A stretch of 64,000 nt of DNA from Octopus vulgaris (taxonomy: Eukaryota): positions 70,184,001 through 70,248,000 of the forward strand of contig OX597820.1 of assembly GCA_951406725.2 (NCBI GenBank), given 5' to 3'. This document shows, in pieces, positions 41,981 through 55,351 of the stretch. Under the pieces are notes generated by a model that was not told the origin of the DNA, did no database searches, and was given only the letters and a program-made list of their open reading frames with translations. The first letter of the stretch is position 1. Each line of letters opens with the position of its first letter. A program made the translations under genes and the position numbers.

Positions 41981-42580
41981 TACTGTTCCGTGTAGGTAAG
42001 ATCAACAAAAAGTTACGCCACCTGGTGAGAGATAAATATTAGTTAATGAACATAATATATGTTTTATGAGCAACTATTAGTCTCACCTGCTGAGAGCATA
42101 CCAGACTGCGTGTCTTTTAACACGTCTGGTGTCTTAGTACAACCATTAAACACTACCGGTATATGCAAACCTATATATATATATATATATATATTTGTAT
42201 ATATGCATATGTATATAACTAAGTGTGGGTGTTTTTATGTTTTTGTTCTGTTTCTTCCCCACCATTTCTTGACAACCGGCGTGGGTTTTCTTAGGTCCCT
42301 ATAAATTAGCAAAAAGGGACGGTGAAATAAGTTGATATATTCGACTAATTCCTTCAAAATGGTGCCCCGGCATGGTTGCAGACCTGTGACTGGAACAAGA
42401 AAAAATAAAAGATTTAGTTATAGTCTTGCTTGTGTGGAGAAAAAAAGGGAGAGAGAGGATTTGCATTGTGTCTGAGAAATAAGCGATACAAAAATTTTTG
42501 TTGTAAAGTATTTAATAAGTTCATTATTCATGATTTTTATTTCCCCACGGAATAACATGATAACTGGGTGTGTGTCGCAT

Positions 42581-42682
42581 CTAGAAATAGTTTTCCCAAT
42601 CAATGCTTTCGTAGTAGCGGTCTAGTAGATCTTTCAGTTGTCCTGTGTGTTGTTTATTTTTGGTTTCAGCTATAATCGTCAC
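42581..42682 (-). CDS. threonine ammonia-lyase, last coding exon (VTIIAETKNKQHTGQLKDLLDRYYESIDWENYF*)
   Basis: ttcttttattccag acceptor, phase 0, ACT-end motif ET+..+H...L, stop TAG. AATAAA on the minus strand at 42536-42541. Confidence 0.88.
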   Translation of the reverse strand: MTIIAETKNKQHTGQLKDLLDRYYESIDWENYF

Positions 42683-42744
42683 CTGGAATAAAAGAATAAT
42701 TATATATCAACAACAACAACAATAATAATAATAAAGATAATAAC

Positions 42745-43530
42745 AATAATAATGATAATAAACGATGTAAAATCCAGAAAAGGAAGAAAGATGAAAAGAA
42801 AACATAGATTCTCACCAAGAGAACTGCTTTCAAGAAAAGAAACACTGCAACAAAAAAGTCCAAGCAAACGCTCTAAAAATACGAAGATTTAAGAAGAGAA
42901 ACAAGTTTTACAAGCAAAAGAAGCTGTTCAAATCCAATGCGAAAACATTGTACAGAGAAATGGGGAAGGGGAAAATACCCGAAATAAGAATGATTGACAG
43001 GAAAATCCGTAAGCTGCTGACTTGCAATAAGATGTACCACCCAAAGGCAGATGCAGATCGTCTTTACCTACCCAGAGCTCAAGGAGACGAGGCTTGATCC
43101 AGTTTGAAATCTCTTACAAAACCACCACACTTGTACTGGCAAAATATTGTGAAACATCTAATGATTGGATGCTAAAGCTCGTTGAAAACCACGAAAAATG
43201 TAAGAATCTTCTTTCTGTTATGAAGGAGAGCAAAATAATTCTAGTGAGTTTATGCATAATACCCAACAGCATGATGGAAGTGCGGCAACTGTAGTTGCAA
43301 AGAAGGTGAGATCAACAGCAAAGCAAAATGCGTTTGAACAATTGGCTGATTGGTGGAAACAAAAACCTCTGCAATGCAAATATGTGACCCGTAGCAAACA
43401 AGCTAATGTAGACAATGGGACTTTCCAGTATGTCCAGACCGGATCATCAAAGCAAATAAACCAGATATTGTTGTGAAAGACTAAAACAATTGACATGAGC
43501 ATACCCTGTGGTTATAATATCCCGGCAAAA
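42745..43530 (+). mobile_element. degenerate R4/Dong-like fragment between (AAT)n tracts
   Basis: IDRKIRKLLT.NKMYHPKADADRLYLPR..G..GL and a degenerate KPDIVV motif. Confidence 0.7.
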
Positions 43531-43851
43531 GAATAATAATAATCAAGCCATGACAGAGTTGGCTTGTATATACACCGTGAATTTTTTTTCCATTTTTTCC
43601 CCTTTATTTTCCTTGTTTTCTGTTTTTTCTCTCATTTTTACCGTATTTTATAAATTTTCCGATTTCCTTTTTGTTTGTTTCTTTCTTACCCTTTTATTCT
43701 ACCACATAACTTTGTAAGTGAACAATCTGGTGTGTTTATTTGAATGGCTTACCGATGTATACAGTGAGTTTCTTTGCTCTAGGTATCGGGAAGACACTCA
43801 CCAAGAAATGGAGACTAAGTGAAAGACGAGGATAACAACAACAACGACAAC

Positions 43852-43887
<36 letters not shown>

Positions 43888-43891
43888 AATG

Positions 43892-43958
<67 letters not shown>

Positions 43959-44041
43959 ATACATACATACATACAACAGAGTTGGAACCTACATACAACA
44001 GAGTTGGAACCTACATACAACAGAGTTGGAACCTACATACA

Positions 44042-44630
44042 TCACAGACATGACAGAGTTGGAACCTACATACATTGGAAGCTATGCCAACATTATGGAA
44101 TAACAACAGAAAAAAGATGGTATAGGCACACACCAGAAAAGGTCACAGAAAACGAGAAAGCAACCATACTCTGGGATATGCCGATACACACAGATAGAGA
44201 AATTAAGGCCAACAGACCAGATATAGTTGTCAGAGATCATGAAGAAAAAAAGTGCTTTCTAATGGATGTATCAATACCGGATGATGACAACGTGTCTCTA
44301 AAAGAAATGGAGAAACTCTCAAAATACAAAGACCTAGAAATAGAGGTAACTAGAATGTGGAATCTGAAAACAGAAACAATTCCTATTATAGTAGGTGCAT
44401 TAGGCATGATAAAAATATATTCAGACAAATACATAACAAAAACACCAGGACTTACAAACACATATAACATACAGAAAATTGCACTACTGGGCACTGCACA
44501 CATCCTACGTAGAACACTTTCCATACAATAACCATCAGAGCATCACAACAAATCACAGCACATACCCAAGGCACACAGAGCTGCGCTCGGTAGTGAAGTG
44601 AAAGCACGCTATAAAAATAAAACTACTGAA
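44042..44630 (+). mobile_element. R4/Dong-like non-LTR retrotransposon 3' fragment (restriction-like endonuclease)
   Basis: RHD...ILWDMPIHTD...NRPDIVV...MDVSIP...EKLSKYKDL is the PD-(D/E)xK RLE domain. The 3' UTR ends in (AAT)n. Confidence 0.88.
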
Positions 44631-44638
44631 TAATAATG

Positions 44639-44670
<32 letters not shown>

Positions 44671-45113
44671 GCCATGATATAGACAATTGGCGTAAGGAGT
44701 TTGAAATAGAACGCTCGGTAGAGCTCCTATAGAAAGTTTGCTTCCTAAAGAGAGCAAGGATTATCACGAGGGATCTAAGCACTTGAAAGACTGCCGGAAA
44801 CGTGTGGCAGCCTAATGTTACAGGTAGTAGCTCGCTACTATCTAACTCCTACCAGGAATCAGACCAAACCTGGGCTTTTTTCCTATGATAATAATCTAAT
44901 AAGCCGAACATTTTCTACTATAGGCTCAAGACCTAAATGTTTAGGATAGTAGGCGAAGGAGTGGCTTTGTGGTAAGTAGCTTGCTTACCAACCACATGGT
45001 TCCAGGTTCAGTCCCACTGCGTGGCACCTTGGGCAAGTGTCTTCTACTATAGCCTCGGGCCGACCAAAGCCTTGCGAGTGGATTTGTAGACGGAAACTGA
45101 AAGAAACCCGTTG

Positions 45114-45148
<35 letters not shown>

Positions 45149-45621
45149 GTGTATATATATATATGTATGTGTGTGTGTGTGTGTATATGTTTGTGTGTTT
45201 GTGTTTGTCCCCTCAACATCGCTTGACAACCAATGCTGGTGTGTTTACATCCCCGTCACTTAGCGGTTCGGCAAGAGATACCGATAGAATAAGTACTAGG
45301 CTTACAAAGAATAAGTCCCGGGGTCGATTTGCTCGACTAAAGGCGGTGCTCCAGCATGGCCATTTTCACATGACTGAAACAAGTAAAAGAGTAAAAGAGT
45401 AAATAGGGTCGGTCAATAATATTGAAACTAGTATTCGACGACTGTTTATGTTATTGACCCCCGCCACACACACACACACCCAATGGATAAAAGGTGAAAT
45501 CCTGCTCGGTGAAATTTGAACTCAGAAAGCCAGGCGAAATGCTGATAAGCACTTTACTCCGCGTGCCAAAGATTCTGCTAGTTCACTTACTTTATTGGTT
45601 GTGTAATAATTCTGTTCTTAC

Positions 45622-45679
45622 CTTGACGGAAAATACATCGCCATTCAACCATGCTCGTTCATGAAAGATATCCTTGATA
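45622..45679 (-). CDS. threonine ammonia-lyase, penultimate exon (IKDIFHERAWLNGDVFSVK)
   Basis: Canonical acceptor and AAG|gtaaga donor, phase 2-0. IKDI.HERAW is typical of the ACT domain in invertebrate threonine dehydratases. Confidence 0.9.
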
Positions 45680-46610
45680 CTAAAAGTAAATAAAAGAATA
45701 AATTTATAAATAGATAAATAGATAGATAGATAAATAAATAAATAAATAAATAATAAACTAGAAATTGCATAAAACAAGAGAAAGAAGGAATTGATATCTA
45801 CTTTTAAAAATATAATGGGATACTTACAAAGTACCATTTCATTCATATAGTGCTATTTCATTCTTACACGTGACATCCCCCATCGATCGACTTAATACGG
45901 GGGAGATAACTACCCTCACACAACACGTGACAGAATTAGAACTTTGGAATTGAAAGCAAAAAATACGGGGAAGAAGGTATATAGAGTTTATATAATATTT
46001 AATTTTTCTTTTTATCTACTACGAAGTTCTTAAGTTTCTATTTGGCTGTAATCATGTATAGCACTATTTCATTCTTTTTAGAAAATTTCAGTATGATTTA
46101 ACCTGTAACTTATTAATTAAATATATTGCAAAGAGAAACATCTCATAACAATTAAAGATGAAGTTAATTACAAACTGTTTTTCTTCATAAAACGTTGGTA
46201 GTGTAGAAATCAAGAAATTTACGTACACAGTAATAGCCATTTCGAGGGGAAAAATCTACCCCGAGAAAATGTCTTAAAATAGCCAGTAGTTTCAACATCA
46301 GCCACAAAATATTTCATAAGATTTTTTCGGTATATAGTTGGAGATGTAGATTCCTTCCAGGCTGTTATCTTCAATACGTAATATTTTACGTTGTCGAATG
46401 AACATTCATAAACACACGAGCTCTGTCTGACTCTTGGCAAACGTTTAAAGCGTTTAATAGTGAGGTCACAGCTATACCCTTTTTTGTTGCTTATCAATTA
46501 GACAACCCTGGCCATGCAAAATAGTAATCGTAGGTATTCTAACTGTGCCCCATACATCTTTTCAGACATAGTTTACTCAATATTACCAAATATACATCTA
46601 CTGATATATA

Positions 46611-47180
46611 CGAGGTTTGATCAAAAAGTATCGGGACTGGTGCTATTAAAAGATAATTACTACACATATCGACTCTGCATTTAATCTCCTTCGAAATAGT
46701 CAATGTATGAAGCCACGTGCTTTATCAAGCGTCGTTTTCTGGAACTCATTTTTAGGGATAGCAAGCTGCTGTCTAGTCGCATTCTCTTGAATTTCCTTGG
46801 CGACTTGAAATCTTGCTGAGGGTTTTCTACTGCTGAGACTGAGCCTTGGTTTCGAAGTGTTAGCCATAAACCCACGACTTGTTGCCTGATATGATCGTTT
46901 TCAAACAGCTTTCGTCTTTCCCGACACAAAGAGATCCTGTGCAGCTGAAACTTGATTTTCTTTTTCAGACGACCGCACTCAACACACTTTACTCCCAAGC
47001 ACTGCTATAAACAACGCAAGAACGTTATAATTTAGTGTGTACAGAGTTCAAGATCAGTCTGTATCAAGATCAATCTGTTCAAGATCAATCTCAAGCTCAA
47101 TCTGTGCTAAGCGGCCTTACTCTGCGTACTTTAACTTCTTTATCATAGTAACAGTTCTGATAATTTTTGATCAGACCACG
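46611..47180. mobile_element. related mariner-derived non-autonomous element
   Basis: TA|CGAGGTTTGATCAAAAAGTATC ... TTTTTGATCAGACCACG|TA termini. Confidence 0.75.
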
Positions 47181-47709
47181 TATTAGATTATAACAGAGTG
47201 GTTAAGAAGTTTAATTTGCAACCATGAGGTTTCAAATTCGACCCCATCTCCACTTCGCGTAATCTTGAGCAAGTGCCTTTTATCGTAGACTCATGTCATT
47301 TTAGCAATCCGTGTAAGTGGAATTGAATAAATGGAAACTATGTAGAAGCTCATCTCGTAGATATAATAGATATAATCTATTATATATAGTAGATATAATA
47401 GATTATATTACATCTATATAGATATAATATAATCTATTATATTATATATTACCACATAGTTATACCTGCTGATATGTATACATATTAGGTATAATCCTGG
47501 TGAAAGAGTTATAATCGGATTAATCTATCCTTGAGAGCAACGATATTTAAAATAGTAATCAGAAGAGAATGAATTTCACAGAGAGTTCATAAATTAATTA
47601 GTAGTTCATAATATAAATTATGAATTGTCTGTTATATCTATACTTTCTTGTTTTTATTCTACACACACATATACACGCACACGCGCGCTCGCACACACAC
47701 ACACACACA

Positions 47710-48280
47710 AAGCTGAAGATCAGCGAAAAAGAAAATGCCTACGCTGAATGTTTGAGGAATCTACAGCTGCTCTATCCAGATTACAAGTTCAGGTTTATAC
47801 CTGTAATTATTGGGGTACTGGGATATGTAACACACTGCCTAAATACCAATCTTGAGAAATTAGGCTTCTCAAAACCAGAACGAATGGAGAAATGTATTCC
47901 GAGTTACACGTTGCCCCAAAGAATGGATGACTTGGATATTGAATAGACAGGCTCGGGGTTATCAACTGAGCACTTCTGTAGAAAAGAGTTCTATAGAAAG
48001 GCAATAAACACTGTCCAAGCCATCACTAGAAATGTAAAAATTTGTAAATCCAGAAGATTGTCATTTAAGTATATATGAGTATTTCTAGATAAGTAACTAT
48101 ATGTATGAAAGTACATATATAAAACAAAACATACAAATCTGCACATATACATACATACAAAAGTATCCTGTTGATATTGTTGAAATTCCAATGAAAGACA
48201 CTTCGATCTAGGTTGGAACCAGTTCTTTCTCTACTGACAAGAATTCTTGAAATAACACTGAGTAACGACATACATACATC
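47710..48280 (+). mobile_element. RLE-type retrotransposon 3' end running into TACA repeats
   Basis: KLKISEKENAYAECLRNLQLLYPDYKFRFIPVIIGVLG. The 3' UTR is shared with 53848-54050 and 54900-55270. Confidence 0.75.
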
Positions 48281-48319
48281 CTGAAATAAACTGTATAACA
48301 ATATACATGCATACATACA

Positions 48320-48351
<32 letters not shown>

Positions 48352-48449
48352 CATACATGCATGCATGCATGCATGCATACATGCATGCATACATACATAC
48401 ATACATACATACATACATACATACATACATACATACATACATACATACA

Positions 48450-48479
<30 letters not shown>

Positions 48480-48480
<1 letters not shown>

Positions 48481-49310
48481 CCAGGAAGAGGAGATTGCCA
48501 CAAAGTACCTCGTGAACAAGAGAGATAGTGACACTCTTGTAATCCCAAGGTGCAACCACATTTGTAGGCTATGTCATGCTTCTATGGAGGACATTACATA
48601 TGGGATTAGCAGCTGTCCTAAAATGTCGTCAGGGTATTACCTCCTTATGTGGCACAATGTTGTTGCTAAAACAATTTACAATGCCATCCGCAAAAAAACT
48701 CTCCTGATATAAACTTACAAAATCCCACTGTCATGGAATACATTGACAAACACCAACTCAAGGAAGACTAATGGAATATTCCCATCAAAACTTCTGTCAA
48801 ATGTAAGCATAACATATTGGATATTGTTGTATGGACAAGGGGCAAAGGTATGTAGCATCATAAAGGTTAGCTGCCCTGCAGATATGAATATGTCTTTGAA
48901 AATGAAAGAAAAAGAGGATATCTATGGACAACGGCTTCGAAACCTCCAGCTTCTATATCCAGACTATTGTTATGAACTAGGATTTGTTAGTAAATGCCTA
49001 AAGGAGAATTTGGATAAACAGAGATTTTCAGAAAGAGAAACTGACCGGCTAATTCGTACATTACAAGTGCAATTTGTGAGTGGAACAGTAAAAGTATGCA
49101 AGACTCTTTTCAAGTTCCAAATGTGAATTTGTCTCTGTTAACTACATGTTTGTATCTTTGTTGGAAACCGGATCCCTCCTCAGTGGAAAATTTATAATAA
49201 TTAAAAAACAGAAGAGACATACATAGATACGTACGTACATAGAAACCAGCTCCTTCTTTAGAGGAAGGACTTTAATGATTAAAAACCAAACAGAGGCATA
49301 CGTACATGTG
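48480..49310 (+). mobile_element. RLE-type retrotransposon 3' fragment starting at a (TACA)n array
   Basis: CCHC knuckle CRLCHASMEDIT..ISSCP, HNVVAKTIYN, then V.CPAD.N...K.KEKEDIYG..LRNLQLLYPDY. Confidence 0.75.
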
Positions 49311-49388
49311 TCTAACTGTGGGCCTGTACTGGGTAATAGTAAAAATAGGAAACACACACACACATACACACACACAGACACACACACA

Positions 49389-49427
<39 letters not shown>

Positions 49428-51405
49428 TTACACTGGATAATGTCGTCCTAGAAAAACTTTGGGTGGAAAAACAGACGTAGATCTTCGCTGCAATCCATGT
49501 TTTCAATTAGTATCATCCTGCGGCTAGCCACCAAAAACAATTAATAAACACGACCTATTGAGATTATTGTTTCGGTGCTCGATCGATCAGCTCGAAGTAG
49601 CAACCAACTCTCGTTCAAATCACCACTGAGAAATGTATTCCGGGATATACGTTGCCTCAAAGAAAGCATGACTTAAATATTGAATAGACCGGCTCGGGGT
49701 TAAACAACTGAACACTTTCTCTAGAAAAGCAATAAACACTATCCGTAAATATCATTTTTTTCTAAAATAATTTGCAACTGCATGAAAGAGTTTAGAAAAT
49801 CACGTGCTAGTTTCATCCATCGAAAGAAATAACAGGAAAATTTGTGACGCAAGGGAAATAACTCATAACAAATTGCCTCCCTTGCACTTGACGTGTTTTA
49901 TGTTTAAACTTCTACGTAGTCACTGAGTAAAATTTATAATGCTAGATAACTTTTACTTATTACGATCATTATCAGCCCAGGACATGACTAACGTAATAGC
50001 ACCCACATGGAAAGGTTATTTAAGTAATAGTTCTGGAAACCATGGACCGCTCGAGCAACGGAATTGTTGATGATAAGTCCTTAACTACGCGCAGAATATG
50101 TTTTAATATTTAATTTTTAATTCTTATTTCTTAATTCTTGATTTCCAGTTTTTAATATTCGATAAGATGGAGATAGACATCGAAACTTGTAAAATTTTAC
50201 AAATTTCACTCCATGCGAGAAATATTAAAATATTTCTCCTGTCCGATTAAAGAAAAATAGTAAAAAGAATCGTGGAGTGGCTGTGTGGTAAGTAGCTTGC
50301 TAACCAACCACATGGTTCCGGGTTCAGTCCCACTGCGTGGCATCTTGGGCAAGTGTCTTCTGCTATAGCCCCGGGCTGACCAATACCTTGTGAGTGGATT
50401 TGGTAGACGGAAACTATATATATATATGTATGTGTTTGTGTGTCTGTGTTTGTCCCCCTAGCATTGCTTGACAACCGATGCTGGTGTGTTTACGTCCCCG
50501 TCACTTAGCGGTTCAGCAAAAGAGACCGATAGAATAAGTACTGGGCTTACAAAGAATAAGTCCCGGGGTCGATTTGCTCGACTAAAGGCGGTGCTCCAGC
50601 ATGGCCGCAGTCATGAAACAAGTAAAAGAGTAGTACTTCGGTGAAGTTTCCACTTTTACATTTTACGTCCAACCTTTGATTTGTATGGATTCTTAACCCT
50701 TTTTCAGTTAAACACACACACACACCTACACAAGTATGTGTATATACATAGGGTTGGTCAAAAGTCAACTGACGGTAAATCAAAACCATTTTATTCCAAG
50801 ATATACTTATATTTAACAACTGAATGTATTTAATAAATGCATCTAAATATGAAACACCATGAACACAGTTCAAACTAAAGTCTTTCTTGAGCGATACTTT
50901 ATTCTGTTCGAGTCAATACAGAATTACAGATAGTATTTATGGAATTTTGATTTACTGTCGGGTGACTTCTGGCCAACCTAATACCACCTTTCTTTCCGTC
51001 CCTGAGGGTCTGCTAATACTTTACATGTACCACGTCCTTGCGTTGTTTTCTTTTTCTGTTTGTTCTTCGTTTATTTATACTCGGTCCCTACTCGTCTACC
51101 GTTATATATATATCGAACTGGCAGAATCGTTAGCACGCCGGGTGAAATGCTTAGCAGTATTTCGTCTGTCTTTACGTTCTGAGTTCAAATTCCGCCGAGG
51201 TCGACTTTGCCTTTCATTCTTTCGGGGTCGATAAATTAAGTACCAGTTTTGCACTGGGGTCGCTGAAATCGACTTAATCCCTTTGTATGTCCTTGTTTGT
51301 CCCCTCTATGTTTAGCCCCTTGTGGGCAATTAAGAAATATATATATATATATACACATATATATATATATATATATATATATCTTTATATATATATATAT
51401 ATCTT

Positions 51406-51497
<92 letters not shown>

Positions 51498-51498
<1 letters not shown>

Positions 51499-51783
51499 GA
51501 GGCGCAATGGGCCCAGTGGTTAGGGCAGCGGACTCGCGGTCGTAGGATCGCGGTTTCGATTCCCAGACCGGGCGTTGGGTGTGCTTATTGAGCGAAAACA
51601 CCTAAAAGCTCCACGAGGCTCCGGCAGGGGGGGGTGATCCCTGCTGTACTCTTTTACCACTCTTTCTTCTGTTGACCTGCTCGCTTAGCCAGCGGGGTGG
51701 CGTCATTCGAAGGCTAAAACAATGCGAACGCATTGTAACCAGTGATGTGTAACTACATCTGATGGACTGGTCGGTCACGTGAT

Positions 51784-51790
<7 letters not shown>
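51498..51790 (+). mobile_element. tRNA-derived SINE family C (representative copy)
   Basis: GGCGCAATGG(G)CCCAGTGGTTAG head with TTCGATTCCC B-box. Copies at 54478-54860 (-), 11783-12088 (+), about 28225-28500 (+) and 29215-29460 (-). Confidence 0.8.
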
Positions 51791-51835
<45 letters not shown>

Positions 51836-53490
51836 TATATTATATTGTTGGCATACTTTTGTCTCGCCAGTGTGTCCTACCGGGTAATAATCCAGTCTGG
51901 TTTTTACATTTCATGTCATTTAGATCTCCTGTTGTGGCTGTGTAGTCTTATCCTGGACAAACACCCTTAAAAGATATTTGGATGAATCTTACAGGGAAAC
52001 TCTTTCCAAACCATCGAATTGTCACGTACAGGACCTATGTAGCTCAGTCATTTTCAGTACCAGAGTTTCCTTATCCCTTCTAATTAAGTAGTTAGCAGCA
52101 ATGCTCTCTACATTTCTATCTTCTTTTCTGCCGTTACATTTAAATTACTTTTGTAATATTGAGCTGTTTTTTTCTCTCGTCAAAATGATCTATCCATTAC
52201 TTAACGTAGGAGGACTGGTTGTACACCATCAAGAGTTATAAATTGTATATAATCTTTTCTACTCTAGGCACAAGGCCCGAAATTTTGTGGGGAGGCGCCA
52301 GACTCCAGTACTTAATTAATCGACCCCAAAGTATGAGAGGCAAAGTCAACCTCGGCGGAACTTGAACTCAGAACGTAAAGACAGAAAAAATACTACTAAG
52401 CATTTTGCCCGGTGTGCTAACGTTTCTGATAGCTCGCCGCTTTAAATTGTATGTAATTATTTCTTTATTGCCCACAGGGGGCTAAACATAGAGGGGACAA
52501 ACAACGACAGACAAAGGGATTAAGTCGATTACATCAACCCCAGTACGCAACCGGTACTTAATTAATCGACCCCGAAAGGATAAAAGGCAAAGTAAACCTC
52601 GACGGAACTTGAACTCAGAACATAAAGACAGACAAAATACCGCAAAGCATTTTGCCCGGCGTGCTAACGTTTCTGCCAGCTCGTAGCCTTGAAATTGTAT
52701 ATAATAATGCCTTACTCAATAAGCTGACCCATTTCGATTTTATGCTAGCAATGAAAAATAAAAATCATGACCCAAGTTATGAATGTGATTCGAATAGTAG
52801 ATGTGATTCGAATAGTAGATGATAGGCTGATTCAGCAGAGATGGTAGAGTTTCTTTGGTAGTGATCCAGAACAGGCTACATTTTACAAGGTGGTGGGGAT
52901 TACAGATTGTTCTTGTTCTACACATGAAAGCATAATTTGGATGAAATTCGATAGCTGATAAAAGCCTCGCAATTCGTAGAAGTAGCAACTTATCACCCGT
53001 GCGTTGTAGGTAACGTTTTTTATTCCGTGTGGCTGCAGGACAATTTGGAGAGATTTGAAGTTATAACTCTTTATTGCTAGAGATATCTAAGACGATAAGT
53101 CTCACACCTACTTAGGTATGTAGATTAGGCAACATAAGGCCGGGACATGAATCACTGACTTCCCGATCGTTTGTTTGCCCAATATTTTAGTAACCATTAA
53201 GGGCGGCGAATTGGCAGAATCGGTACCACGCCGAAAAAAAAGTGCTTGGCTTCCGGCTTTACATTTTGAGGTCAAATGCTGTCGGGGTCCACTTTGCCAT
53301 TAATGCTTTCGGAGTCGATAAAATAAGTATCGGCTGAACACTGAGATCGATGTAATCGATTTATCTGCTTATTAGAAATTGCGGTCCTTGTGCAAAAATT
53401 TGAAGCTAATATCTCAACACTTCTGCTTACCTTACTCCGGTTCATGGAATTGATAAATGAGTATAAGAGAAATAAAAGTAATGGACTTAC

Positions 53491-53658
53491 GTGATACCGA
53501 TTGAAGAGATTAATGTGGTAAAATCTGATAATCCTCCAGGTTTATCGCTAATAACAGCAACGAATTTTATGAGACGTTTATCAGCCACAAGACCACGGTC
53601 AAGAACCTTTCCCAACGCGGGAGTATCGATGTTTCCACCACATAACGTCAGGACCACT
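53491..53658 (-). CDS. threonine ammonia-lyase (threonine dehydratase, TdcB/IlvA-like with ACT domain), internal exon
   Basis: Translation VVLTLCGGNIDTPALGKVLDRGLVADKRLIKFVAVISDKPGGL has the PLP-enzyme (S/C)GGNID motif and the ACT-domain D.PG.L motif. tttctccccag acceptor, AC|gtaagt donor, phase 2-2. Confidence 0.92.
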
Positions 53659-54051
53659 CTGGGGAGAAATATATACAATATATATATAAATACACGCAAC
53701 ACATACCCACATATATGTATGTATGCATACATGTATATACACACATACACGGATACATACATACATACATACATACATACATACATACATACATACATAC
53801 ATACATACATACATACATACATACATACATACATACATACATACATAATGCCTAAATACCAATCTTTTAGAAATTAGGTTTCTCAAAACCAGAAAGGAGA
53901 AAGCTGATTCGAAGACTACGGATCTAAGCCATCACTGAAACTGTAAAAATCTGTGTAACTTTCCTGAAGTCTATCATATATGAGCATGTCTAGATATGCA
54001 AGTATGTGCATGAGAATGCATACATAAAACAAAACATGCAAATCTGCGCGT

Positions 54052-54428
54052 ATACATACATGCATACATACATGCATACATACATACATGCATACATACA
54101 TACATACATACATACATACATACGTACGTACGTACGTACATACATACATACATACATACATACATACATACATACATACATACATACATACATACATACA
54201 TACATACATACATACATACATACATACATACATACATACATACATACATACATACATACATACATACATACATACATACATACATACATACATACATACA
54301 TACATACATACATACATACATACATACATACATACATACATACATACATACATACATACATACATACATACATACATACATACATACATACATACATACA
54401 TACATACATACATACATACATACATACA

Positions 54429-54456
<28 letters not shown>
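54052..54456. repeat. (TACA)n microsatellite; many other (TA)n, (TG)n, (TACA)n, (AAT)n, (GA)n and (GATA)n arrays occur throughout
   Basis: Direct inspection. Confidence 0.97.
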
Positions 54457-54459
<3 letters not shown>

Positions 54460-55351
54460 GCATACACACACTTTTTAAGGAAGCACTCCGTCGGTTACGA
54501 CGACGAGGGTTCCGGTTGATCCGAATCAACGGAACAGCCTGCTCGTGAAATTAACGTGTAAGTGGCTGAGCACTCCACAGACACGTGTACCCTTAACGTA
54601 GTTCTCGGAGATATTCAGCGTGACATAGAGAGTGACAAGGCCGGCCCTTTGAAATACAGATACAACAGAAACAGGAAGTAAGAGTGAGAGAAAGTTGTGG
54701 TGAAAGAGTACAGCAGGGATCACTACCATCCCCTGCCGGAGCCTCGTGGAGCTTTAGGTGTTTTCGCTCAATAAACACTCACAACGCCCGGTCTGGGAAT
54801 CGAAACCGCGATCCTATGACCGCGAGTCCGTTGCCCTAACCACTGGGCCATTGCGCCTCCACACACACACACACATAGAAACATGCATACAACATACATA
54901 CATGCAAAAATATCCTGTTGCTGTTGAAATTCCAATGAAGGAGCTTTGGATCTAGATTAGAAACCGGTTCTTTCTCTATTGACAAGAAATCTTGAAACAA
55001 AACTGAATAATGACATACATACATACATACGTACGTACATACATACATACATACATACATACATACATACATACATACATACATACATACGTACGTACAT
55101 ACATACATACATACATACATACATACATACATACATACATACATACATACATACATACATGCATACGTACATACATATCCAGTTGATGTTGAAATTCCAA
55201 TGAAGGAGCCTTGCATCTCAGTTAGGAACCGGCTCTTTCTCTATTGGCAAGAAATTTTGAAATAAAACTAAACAATTACAAACACACAATCACATATATT
55301 TAAGCTTCTGTTGAAAAACTAGGAAAGTTACGGTTTGCTAAGCTCATTATA

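Noticed and set aside
43976-44074. CRISPR-like direct repeats
   Set aside because: The repeats are contiguous without spacers, the context is eukaryotic, and the sequence derives from the adjacent retrotransposon.
51498-51575. tRNA gene
   Set aside because: A and B boxes are present, but the sequence continues into a dispersed SINE body and lacks a clean cloverleaf.
42581-53658. Horizontal transfer of a bacterial-type threonine dehydratase
   Set aside because: The gene has canonical introns, and ACT-domain threonine dehydratases are already known in invertebrates.
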